This document shows positions 54,889-64,000 of a DNA stretch of 64,000 nucleotides, piece after piece. The DNA comes from an uncultured Oscillospiraceae bacterium (GTDB taxonomy: Bacteria; Bacillota; Clostridia; Oscillospirales; Oscillospiraceae): positions 116,887 to 180,886 of the forward strand of contig CAJUAS010000001.1 in assembly GCA_910584395.1 (NCBI GenBank). Direction: 5' to 3'. The position numbers and the translations under genes were made by a program. The notes beneath the pieces were generated by a model, which did no database searches, was not told where the DNA came from, and saw nothing but the letters and a program-made list of their open reading frames with translations. Within the stretch, counting starts at the first letter, position 1. Each line of letters starts with the position of its first letter.

Positions 54889-56430
54889 TTAGTCGCGAAA
54901 TGTCCAGTTTTCCAGCTGATAGAACATGTTTCCCTGAGTGGGCTTCAGGCCGCTCACCTGTCCCCACTGGGTCAGCGCCGCCCCCGTCTTAAAGCACAGG
55001 GTCACAAAGGGCGGCCGCTGGGTGTAGCCCTCATAAAACCCCTGCCACTCCCCTGTGGCTCTGGCCTCGGCCAGCGCGGCGGCCAGCGTCTTGTCCGGCG
55101 CGCCGCCGTAGCAAAGGCCGCTCCCCGCGGTGAAGAAGGGGGTCAGGTCAAAATCCCCGGTCAGGCGGGTCTCCCCCAAATAGAGGTCGAAATCTCCGCT
55201 GTTCAGGGCCTTTTTGTACTCCTCCCACGGCAGGGCGGTCACTGTCACCCGAAAGCCCACCGCCTCCAGATCGGCGGCGATGGCTCTCCCCATCTTTTCC
55301 TTGAAGCTGTTGTCCGAATTGACCAGCAGCTTCAGCTCCAGCGTCCGTTTCCCCACATGGCGCACGCCGTCCTCGCCCAGCTCGTACCCCATGGCGTCCA
55401 GCACTTCGGCGGCGGCCGCCCGGTCATAGGCCAGCCCCTTGGCCAGCCCCGGATCATACCGCTTGGCGGTGGGCGGCACAGGAAGGGCGGCCACCGAGGC
55501 GTGTCCGCCCAGCACCTCGGTCACCAGCGCGCTGCGGTTCACCGCCTGACTCAGCGCCCCGCGCACCTCCGGGTTCTGGCACACCCCGGAGCTGCAGTGA
55601 AAGCCCAGATAGAGCATGGTGGAGGTGGGATATTCCCACGTCTGGTACGACCCGGAAAACCCCAGCGCGTCCGCGCCGGTGGGGTCGGACGCCGCAAACC
55701 CCAGCGCGCCGCTGTCAAAAGCGGCGATCATCTCATCCGCCGCGCTAATGCTCATTAGCTGAATTTCCCCCGGAATTCCGGCGGTTTCCCGCCAGCCGTC
55801 CGTTCTGGCTAACAACCGTTCGCCATCCAGCACATACCGCCCCGTGCCGGTGACTCCCTCCTTGCCCACCAGCGCGATGGGGATGTCCAGCAGGGCCAAA
55901 AAGTCCCGGTTCGGTGCGCTGAGCTGAAAAACCACCACATTCTCCCCGTCGGCGGAGATCTTTTGCACCGCCCCCAGCCGGGTGGCGTACAGGCTTTTTT
56001 CCCCTTTGGCGGCAGTGAGTGCGGTGCAGACCGCCTGTGCGTCCAGCGCCGCGCCGTTTGCAAAGGTAACGCCGCTTTTCAGGGTCACCCGCCAGATCAG
56101 GCCGTCCTCTGACCCCACCGCCCCCTGCGCCAACAGGGGTTGCGGCTCAAAGGCGTTGTCCAGCTCATAGAGGCTGTCGTAGAGGAGGGGCGCAAGGATC
56201 ATGTTGGTGGAGCGGCTGCTCAAATAGGGATTCCACGTCCCCTGCGGGTCGAGGGGGAGGGTAAAGGGCCGCTTGGCCACAGGGGTGGGGGTGGGGGTGA
56301 GCGGGGCTTGCGTGGGGGAGGGCGACGGGTCGGGCGGGGTGGGAGCGGGGGTGGTATGGCAGGCGGAGAGCTGCACCGCCAGAGACAGTCCCAGCGCCAA
56401 AGCGATCCATCCCTTTTGCCCCTTGTTCAT
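54889..56430 (-). CDS. ABC transporter substrate-binding lipoprotein, family 5 (peptide/nickel type)
   Basis: The signal and lipobox are ...LAVQLSAC. A Pro/Thr linker follows, and the family-5 SBP N-terminal pattern is LDPQGTWNPYLSSRSTNMILAPLLYDSLYELD...PLLA. No permease or ATPase genes are adjacent. Confidence 0.8.
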   Translation of the reverse strand: MNKGQKGWIALALGLSLAVQLSACHTTPAPTPPDPSPSPTQAPLTPTPTPVAKRPFTLPLDPQGTWNPYLSSRSTNMILAPLLYDSLYELDNAFEPQPLLAQGAVGSEDGLIWRVTLKSGVTFANGAALDAQAVCTALTAAKGEKSLYATRLGAVQKISADGENVVVFQLSAPNRDFLALLDIPIALVGKEGVTGTGRYVLDGERLLARTDGWRETAGIPGEIQLMSISAADEMIAAFDSGALGFAASDPTGADALGFSGSYQTWEYPTSTMLYLGFHCSSGVCQNPEVRGALSQAVNRSALVTEVLGGHASVAALPVPPTAKRYDPGLAKGLAYDRAAAAEVLDAMGYELGEDGVRHVGKRTLELKLLVNSDNSFKEKMGRAIAADLEAVGFRVTVTALPWEEYKKALNSGDFDLYLGETRLTGDFDLTPFFTAGSGLCYGGAPDKTLAAALAEARATGEWQGFYEGYTQRPPFVTLCFKTGAALTQWGQVSGLKPTQGNMFYQLENWTFRD

Positions 56431-56455
56431 TTGCCCCTCCCCCTTTCCTGTTCGT

Positions 56456-57267
56456 CTAATTTTGTTGCGGCCGGGCCAGCATGATGACCGCCGCCTGACT
56501 GCCCCGCTCCCCTTTGGTGAAGCGGTGAGACCAAAAGCGGTCGTGCTGACAGCAGGTGCAGTCTTGGCTCACGTCGATGTGTTCGCCCAAAAGCCCGGAA
56601 TGCTCCAAGATGGCGGCGTTGATGGCCTTTAAGTCCACGCGCCACTTTCCCCCCGTCTCTGTCCGGGTCATAAAGGGCGCTGCCAAGCCGCCCAGAGCGG
56701 TCTCCATGGCGGCGGGCACGTCGCCGTCGGTCTCAAAGCAGCACGGCCCGATGCCCGGGCCGATGGCCGCGCGAATGTCCAACCGGTCGCTGCCGTATTC
56801 CCTCTTCAGCGTCTCCACCGCCGCCGCGGCGATGGCGGCGGCCGTCCCCCGCCAGCCCGCATGGACGGCGGCAACGGCCTGCTTGACCGGGTCGAAGAGC
56901 AGAACGGGGATGCAGTCGGCGGAGAAAATGCACAGGGTCACACCGGGGACGTTGGTGGCCAGCCCGTCCGCCTCAAAAGGAGTGGGGGCAAGAAGGTCAG
57001 GCTTCACATCCGCCCCGGTCACCACCTTGACCACATTCCCGTGAACCTGATTGGTCATCACGATGCGGCTCGCGTCCGTCCCGGTGGCGGCGCAGAAGCG
57101 GCGGTAGTTCTCCCGGACGTTGGCCGGGTCGTCCCCCCGGCGGTGGCCCAGATTCAAGCGCGCAAAAATGCCCTCGGACACCCCGCCCAAGCGGGTGGAA
57201 AACCCGTGGGGAGCTGCAATGTCAGGGGCGGTCAAAAACTCCACGCCCTCTTTACAACAGGTTATCA

Positions 57268-57268
<1 letters not shown>
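56456..57268 (-). CDS. pgeF: peptidoglycan editing factor PgeF (YfiH/DUF152, laccase-domain protein)
   Basis: The start is set at MITCCKEGVEFLTAPDIAAPHGFSTRLGGVS (ATG 57268), overlapping the secA stop as TGATG. Conserved motifs are HG..V, ...ADC.P..., HAGWRG and C..C....F.S.R. Confidence 0.85.
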
Positions 57269-60030
<2,762 letters not shown>

Positions 60031-60093
60031 GGTTTCACCTGTCCTTCCGATCCGTTTCGGGCATATGCCCATTCGTATCCATATTAACGTCTT

Positions 60094-60102
60094 ATTGTAT
60101 CA
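60094..60102 (-). promoter_or_regulatory. candidate extended -10 element (TGaTACAAT) for secA
   Basis: The minus strand reads ...gatctgTGATACAATaagacg, about 65 nt upstream of the secA ATG. No good -35 is present. Confidence 0.3.
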
Positions 60103-60129
60103 CAGATCCCTCTGCTAAAAAAGTCTAAA

Positions 60130-60158
60130 TTGTAAAATTCCCACATCTATGCTAAAAT
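60130..60158 (+). promoter_or_regulatory. candidate sigma-A promoter of rlmD (TTGTAA-17 nt-TAAAAT)
   Basis: The -35 is at 60130-60135 and the -10 at 60153-60158. The -10 overlaps the track's ATG at 60149, which argues for the downstream GTG start. Confidence 0.4.
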
Positions 60159-60181
60159 CAACAAAAAAGGAGGGGACGCAG

Positions 60182-61519
60182 GTGGTCAAAGAGGGGGAAC
60201 GTCACACCGTTACGGTGGAAAACTGGGCCTCGGACGGCAGCGGCGTGGCCCGCATCGGCGGTCTGGCGGTGTTCGTCAAGGGGGGCATTGTGGGCGAGGT
60301 GTGCGTCATTGAGATCGAACACGTGGGCCACCGGGCCGCTTGGGCGCACATTGTCGAGCTTTTGACCCCCGCTCCCGGCCGCATTGTCCCCGACTGCCCC
60401 CATTTTGGCCGGTGCGGCGGCTGTCAGCTTCGACACATGGACTATGCCGCCGAGCTGGCCTTCAAGCGGCAAAAGGTCTCCGATGCCCTGACGCGCATCG
60501 GCGGTCTGGCGGCGGAAGTGCCGCCCGTTTTCGGGGCGGCGGACACCGTCGGCTACCGCAACAAGGCCCAATTCCCCGTGGCCGCCGGGCCAAAGGTAGG
60601 CTTTTACCGGGAACGCAGCCATACGGTGGAGGACGTGGAGGGCTGCGCCCTCCAGTCCCCCGCCGCCAATGCTCTCGCCGCCGCCCTGCGGCGCTGGATG
60701 AAGGAATACAACGTCCCCGCCTATGACGAAAAAAGCCGTAAAGGTCTCATTCGCCACCTGTTTGTACGAAGCAGCGCCGCCGGGGACTGCCTTGCGGCGG
60801 TGGTGGTCAACGGCAGCAAGCTGCCCTTTGAAGACAAGCTCGTGGAGGCGTTCCGCGCGGCCGCGGCCGGACTGGCCGGGGTCGTCCTCAACGAAAACCG
60901 CCGGGACACCAACGTTATTTTGGGCGACGGCTGGCGCACCCTGTGGGGCACGTCCACTCTCCCCGACACCCTGCGGGGGCTGACCTTCCGTTTGAGCCTT
61001 CCCGCCTTTTATCAGGTCAACCACGCCCAAACCGAGGTCTTGTACGCGCTGGCGGAGGAATTTGCCGCCCTGACGGGGACGGAGACCCTCCTCGACCTCT
61101 ACTGCGGCACGGGCACGATCGGTCTCACCATGGCCCACCGGGCCAAAAGCCTGCTGGGGGCGGAAATCGTCCCCGCCGCCATTGCCGACGCCAAGGAAAA
61201 CGCCGCGCGCAACGGCGTGAAAAACGCCCGTTTCGTCTGTGCCGACGCGGCAGAGGTGGCGGCGGAGCTGGCCCGGACAGAGGAAAACATCGACGCAGCC
61301 GTGGTCGATCCGCCCCGGAAGGGCCTGTCCCCAGAGGTTGTGGAAAGCCTGCTGAAGATCGCCCCAAGCCGCATCGTCTACGTCTCCTGCGACCCCGCCA
61401 CGCTGGCCCGAGACCTAAAGCTGTTGTCGGCGGCCTACACCGTTGAAAAAGTCCAGCCTGTGGACCTCTTCCCCCGGACCTTCCACGTGGAGACGGTGGT
61501 CAAACTGGAGCGGAAGTAA
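60182..61519 (+). CDS. rlmD: 23S rRNA (uracil-C5)-methyltransferase RlmD/RumA family (TRAM domain + 4Fe-4S + SAM methyltransferase)
   Basis: The RBS AAGGAGGGG ends at 60175, 6 nt before GTG 60182. The track's ATG 60149 is the alternative start. The Fe-S cluster Cys motif is CPHFGRCGGCQLRH, and the methyltransferase motifs are DLYCGTGTIG and VDPPRKG. Confidence 0.9.
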   Translation: MVKEGERHTVTVENWASDGSGVARIGGLAVFVKGGIVGEVCVIEIEHVGHRAAWAHIVELLTPAPGRIVPDCPHFGRCGGCQLRHMDYAAELAFKRQKVSDALTRIGGLAAEVPPVFGAADTVGYRNKAQFPVAAGPKVGFYRERSHTVEDVEGCALQSPAANALAAALRRWMKEYNVPAYDEKSRKGLIRHLFVRSSAAGDCLAAVVVNGSKLPFEDKLVEAFRAAAAGLAGVVLNENRRDTNVILGDGWRTLWGTSTLPDTLRGLTFRLSLPAFYQVNHAQTEVLYALAEEFAALTGTETLLDLYCGTGTIGLTMAHRAKSLLGAEIVPAAIADAKENAARNGVKNARFVCADAAEVAAELARTEENIDAAVVDPPRKGLSPEVVESLLKIAPSRIVYVSCDPATLARDLKLLSAAYTVEKVQPVDLFPRTFHVETVVKLERK

Positions 61520-61537
61520 AATTTTTTCAAAAACCTC

Positions 61538-61568
61538 TTGACCTTGGAGCGGCTCTAAGGTGTACGCT
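61538..61568 (+). promoter_or_regulatory. MerR-type promoter: TTGACC-19 nt-TACGCT with a dyad operator in the spacer
   Basis: The -35 is at 61538-61543 and the -10 at 61563-61568, with a 19-nt spacer. The dyad ACCTTGGAG-cgg-CTCTAAGGT (61541-61561) is complementary at 8 of 9 positions. The MerR-family gene starts 31 nt downstream. Confidence 0.55.
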
Positions 61569-61598
61569 GGGTTCATCTTCCTGAAAGGAGCGTCCCCC

Positions 61599-62486
61599 AT
61601 GAACATCAAAGACGCACAGGCCCTCTCCGGCGTTTCCGCCGAAAACATCCGCTTTTACGAAAAGCAAGGACTGCTCTCCCCCGCCCGCAACAAGCAAAAC
61701 GACTACCGGGAGTATTCCCCCGCCGACATCGCCGCCCTCAAGCGCATCCGCGCCCTGCGGATGCTGGATATGCCCCTGCCCCAGATCAAGGCGGTGCTGG
61801 AGGGTGCAGAACCCATCGGCGCAGCCGCCGCCCGACAAAAGGAGCGGCTGGAGGCCCGTTCCAAAGAGCTGGACGCGGCCATCGCCCTATGCCGCGAGGT
61901 GTCCGGGGCGGCGTCTCTGGAGGCGCTGGACATCGACGCCCTCCTGTCCCGCATGGACGACCCTGCCCGCTCGGCCGGCTTTTTCCAACGCTGGCGCGAC
62001 GACTACCGCCGGGTGGCGCTGGCCGAGCATGAGAAGCGGTTCACCTTTCTCCCTGACGAGGCCGTGACCACCCCGCAGGAGTTTACCGCCGCCCTGTTGG
62101 CCTATGCCGCCGAGGAGGACTTGGACATCGTCATCACAAAAGAAAGTATGTACCCCGAATTCACGCTGGACGGTATTGAATACACCGCCACGCGCAATTA
62201 CACCGCCGTGCGGGGCTGTCCGGTGGCCTCTATCGCCTGCGAGGTCGCCCACCCCGAGGACTTTTTGCCCGCCGACGTTCCCCCTTCTCGGCGGCGGCTC
62301 ATGAGGCTGCTGCACTACCTCTGGCTTCCGGCGGCGGTGCTGCTGGTCATTCTTCTGCCCCGGCTGGAGCTGTTTCAGCAGCTTGCCCCTTGGGAGAGTT
62401 TGCTCGTCTTGGCGGGCCTGCTCGCCCCCCTCGGCGTGATGTCCTTCCGCAGCTGGCTGCTCTTTTATAACGAAAAGCATAAATAA
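61599..62486 (+). CDS. MerR-family transcriptional regulator with C-terminal transmembrane segments
   Basis: The start is set at MNIKDAQALSGVSAENIRFYEKQGLLSPARNKQNDYREYS (MerR HTH), preceded by the RBS AAAGGAG at 61584-61590. The C-terminus ...LHYLWLPAAVLLVILLP...SLLVLAGLLAPLGVMSFRSWLLFY looks like two TM helices. Confidence 0.85.
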   Translation: MNIKDAQALSGVSAENIRFYEKQGLLSPARNKQNDYREYSPADIAALKRIRALRMLDMPLPQIKAVLEGAEPIGAAAARQKERLEARSKELDAAIALCREVSGAASLEALDIDALLSRMDDPARSAGFFQRWRDDYRRVALAEHEKRFTFLPDEAVTTPQEFTAALLAYAAEEDLDIVITKESMYPEFTLDGIEYTATRNYTAVRGCPVASIACEVAHPEDFLPADVPPSRRRLMRLLHYLWLPAAVLLVILLPRLELFQQLAPWESLLVLAGLLAPLGVMSFRSWLLFYNEKHK

Positions 62487-62497
62487 TGGGTCAAAAA

Positions 62498-62529
62498 GGG
62501 AGATGCCGTCAGGCATCTCCCTCGTTTTT
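62498..62529. terminator. bidirectional rho-independent terminator between convergent genes
   Basis: A perfect 10-bp stem GGGAGATGCC-gtca-GGCATCTCCC (62498-62521) is followed by tcgTTTTT on the plus strand and preceded by AAAAA (U5 on the minus strand). The stop codon of the minus-strand RHH gene lies in the loop. Confidence 0.85.
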
Positions 62530-62700
62530 CATCGCTTCGTCCAGCAGATCGACGATCAGGCGGTTCACGCTCTTGTTTTGACGTTGGGCAAAGGCAGTGA
62601 TCTCGGCCTTGCGCCCCTTTTTCACCACAATTTCTATACGGTCATAGGTCTTTTTGTTGTAGCGTGCGGTCGCCGCCCGCTGGGACTCAATATAGCCCAT
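62509..62700 (-). CDS. small ribbon-helix-helix (Arc/MetJ/CopG-like) DNA-binding protein
   Basis: The 63-aa MGYIESQRAATARYNKKTYDRIEIVVKKGRKAEITAFAQRQNKSVNRLIVDLLDEAMKNEGDA fits a beta-strand (DRIEIVV) plus two-helix RHH layout. The RBS AAGGGG lies 8 nt upstream. Confidence 0.6.
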   Translation of the reverse strand: MGYIESQRAATARYNKKTYDRIEIVVKKGRKAEITAFAQRQNKSVNRLIVDLLDEAMKNEGDA

Positions 62701-62712
62701 AGCACCAACCCC

Positions 62713-62742
62713 TTGACAGGATACCCAATCATACTTTATAAT
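62713..62742 (+). promoter_or_regulatory. near-consensus sigma-A promoter (TTGACA-18 nt-TATAAT) for the small plus-strand ORF
   Basis: The -35 is at 62713-62718 and the -10 at 62737-62742. The -10 and the predicted transcription start are buried in the left arm of the palindrome at 62737-62772. Confidence 0.55.
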
Positions 62743-62772
62743 TCCGTAATGATGTATAATTACGGAATTATA
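62737..62772. promoter_or_regulatory. perfect 14-bp inverted repeat (TATAATTCCGTAAT-n8-ATTACGGAATTATA), candidate operator
   Basis: The arms are at 62737-62750 and 62759-62772 with zero mismatches. The repeat lies in the 95-bp divergent intergenic region between the RHH gene and ORF 62796-63047. Confidence 0.6.
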
Positions 62773-62795
62773 TCTTTGCGGGGAGGGACACGAAA

Positions 62796-63047
62796 ATGGA
62801 GTTTACGCCATCCATACCGGAGTATCTTTGGGCGCAGGCTGTGGGAGAAAAGCTGCTGGCGGCGGCCAAATTTCTGAATTGGGAAACGACTGTGGATTCT
62901 TTTGCTGTGCAGCTGTTAGGCAATATCCAAAACATTTTGGATGACCCAAGTTTAGAGGACTGTGACTGTTTTACCCGCATGGAGGAGATTTTGGCCGCTT
63001 GGAATCGGGCAGGTCTTCACTCCACACGCCACCGGGAGACAGAATAG
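62796..63047 (+). CDS. hypothetical small protein (83 aa)
   Basis: MEFTPSIPEYLWAQAVGEKLLAAAKFLNWETTVDSFAVQLLGNIQNILDDPSLEDCDCFTRMEEILAAWNRAGLHSTRHRETE is preceded by the RBS GGGGAGGG 8 nt upstream and a strong promoter. I recognise no family. Confidence 0.45.
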   Translation: MEFTPSIPEYLWAQAVGEKLLAAAKFLNWETTVDSFAVQLLGNIQNILDDPSLEDCDCFTRMEEILAAWNRAGLHSTRHRETE

Positions 63048-63124
63048 CTGGGGTGGCTCCCCCGGGGGAGTTTCAAAAGATGGAGGCCCCGACCCTCTCT
63101 TTTGCCGTTTCAAGGGGGTGTCCA

Positions 63125-63160
63125 GAGGGGGAAATTTGGAATCCCCCTCCGGCGTCTTTT
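63125..63160 (+). terminator. candidate terminator-like hairpin downstream of the small ORF
   Basis: GAGGGGGA-aatttggaa-TCCCCCTC forms an 8-bp stem at 63125-63149. A TCTTTT tract follows 7 nt later, which is non-canonical spacing. A second GC palindrome, CTCCCCCGGGGGAG, lies at 63057-63070. Confidence 0.3.
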
Positions 63161-63209
63161 CTGGAGGGTCTGGGGGCGTCGTCATAGCAAAAAACCGTAA
63201 ATAAAGGGC

Positions 63210-63238
63210 TTGACAACCCCTTTCCACGCTGATATAAT
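63210..63238 (+). promoter_or_regulatory. consensus sigma-A promoter of the rplU operon (TTGACA-17 nt-TATAAT)
   Basis: The -35 is at 63210-63215 and the -10 at 63233-63238. Both hexamers are perfect consensus with a 17-nt spacer. Confidence 0.8.
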
Positions 63239-63244
63239 GCTAAA

Positions 63245-63325
63245 GCCGCACAGAGTGGGGTCTTGAAGTGACGCCTGACGCGTCCTCCTATGATGGCGAG
63301 CCCGTAATGAAGGAGTGAAAAAGTA
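63245..63325 (+). ncRNA. 5' leader of rplU, possible L21 ribosomal-protein leader
   Basis: An ~80-nt leader lies between the predicted start site and the rplU ATG and contains the hairpin GACGC-ctgac-GCGTC. Firmicutes carry an L21 leader element in this position (Rfam L21_leader, accession recalled as RF00559). I could not check a covariance model. Confidence 0.3.
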
Positions 63326-63637
63326 ATGCACGCGATCATTGTCACCGGCGGTAAGCAGTATAAGGTCGCCGAGGGAGACGTTCTCTACATTGAGAAGCTG
63401 CCCGTGGAGGCCGGCGAGACCGTCAAGTTCGACGAAGTTCTGGCCGTCATTGACGGCGACAAGGCCACCTTCGGCACTCCCGTGGTGGAGGGCGCCAGCG
63501 TAGAGGCCAAGGTTGCCAAGAACGGCAAAGGCAAGAAGATCATCGTCTTCAAGTACAAGCCCAAGAAGAACTACAAGCGCAAGCAGGGCCATCGTCAGCC
63601 CTACACCAAGATCGAGATCACCAAGGTGAAGGCGTAA
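63326..63637 (+). CDS. rplU: 50S ribosomal protein L21
   Basis: [25 protein letters not shown]...[29 protein letters not shown] is preceded by the RBS GAAGGAG. Confidence 0.97.
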   Translation: MHAIIVTGGKQYKVAEGDVLYIEKLPVEAGETVKFDEVLAVIDGDKATFGTPVVEGASVEAKVAKNGKGKKIIVFKYKPKKNYKRKQGHRQPYTKIEITKVKA

Positions 63638-63640
63638 GCA

Positions 63641-63979
63641 ATGACCACCGTCACCTTTACCACCCGGGACGAGCGCATCGAGCGCGTTGAGCTGAAAGGC
63701 CACGCAGGGCTTGTCCCTCCCGGAGAGCCGGACATTCTCTGCGCTGCCCTCACCAGCGCCATCCGTCTGGTGGAGACCACCGTCAACGACGTGCTGGCTG
63801 TGGGCGCGGCGGTAAAGACCCGGGAGGCGGACGCCTATGTCTCCCTCAAGCTCCCCGGCGACATGGGGCAGGAAAACGAAGCCCTGTGTCAAGCCCTCTT
63901 GGCCGGTTTGATGGTGCATTGCGCCGCACTGGCGGAGGAGTATCCCGACAATCTATCTGTCATAGACATGGAGGTGTAA
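63641..63979 (+). CDS. prp: ribosomal-processing cysteine protease Prp (YsxB family)
   Basis: The 112-aa protein lies between rplU and rpmA and carries the conserved GHAG and D.LCAA.TS motifs. Confidence 0.9.
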   Translation: MTTVTFTTRDERIERVELKGHAGLVPPGEPDILCAALTSAIRLVETTVNDVLAVGAAVKTREADAYVSLKLPGDMGQENEALCQALLAGLMVHCAALAEEYPDNLSVIDMEV

Positions 63980-63983
63980 TACC

Positions 63984-64000
63984 ATGCTGAACATTGGTTT
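63984..64000 (+). CDS. rpmA: 50S ribosomal protein L27, 5' fragment (runs off the window)
   Basis: ATG at 63984 (MLNIG...) sits in the position and with the N-terminal propeptide style expected downstream of prp. Only 5 codons are visible. Confidence 0.6.

Noticed and set aside
63048-63209. Runs of C5/G5 and small GC palindromes between the 83-aa ORF and the rplU promoter, considered as a possible structured ncRNA or repeat element
   Set aside because: Only short hairpins are present (63057-63070, 63125-63149), and there is no repeated unit or recognisable RNA family by eye. They are most simply weak terminators or insulators ahead of the strong rplU promoter. An Rfam scan would be needed to say more.
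60158-63919. Minus-strand ORFs 60158-61138 (326 aa), 61887-62516 (209 aa) and 63182-63919 (245 aa)
   Set aside because: They are antisense to rlmD, to the MerR-family gene and to rplU/prp respectively, and have no RBS or motifs.

Overview
High-GC (about 60-65% by eye) Firmicutes/Clostridia-type chromosomal window, probably Oscillospirales-like; the rplU-prp-rpmA operon with an N-terminally extended L27 and a single-chain PurL support the Firmicutes call. Positions 1-47,499 are one uninterrupted minus-strand reading frame. It starts at ATG 47499 with a Sec signal peptide and still has no stop at the left edge, so at least 15,833 codons lie in the window. A start-to-stop ORF list cannot show this frame. 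The 1,099-5,533 aa plus-strand ORFs in the track are its in-register antisense shadows. The product is a secreted giant protein: an N-terminal unique domain, an acidic low-complexity stalk, then about 18 tandem units of an Ig-like Big_2-type domain plus an RCC1-repeat beta-propeller. I count roughly 110 blades by eye. Several large insertions interrupt or separate the propellers: a helical/LRR-like insert, a 1,050-aa beta-rich spacer, a Cys-containing 370-aa domain, a 230-aa helical insert and CxxC zinc-ribbon-like loops. This gene is the candidate novel system. The remaining 16.5 kb (47.5-64 kb) is an ordinary housekeeping block. On the minus strand it carries DUF4358 and SGNH lipoproteins, a HAD nucleotidase, a two-part ThrE-family exporter, purL, an orphan family-5 solute-binding lipoprotein, pgeF and secA. 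On the plus strand it carries rlmD, a membrane-anchored MerR-family regulator with a MerR-type 19-bp-spacer promoter, a small divergent RHH gene pair with a perfect palindromic operator, and rplU-prp-rpmA(partial). I saw no tRNA, rRNA, CRISPR array, transposase or integrase. All translations and counts were done by hand, and no database search was possible.
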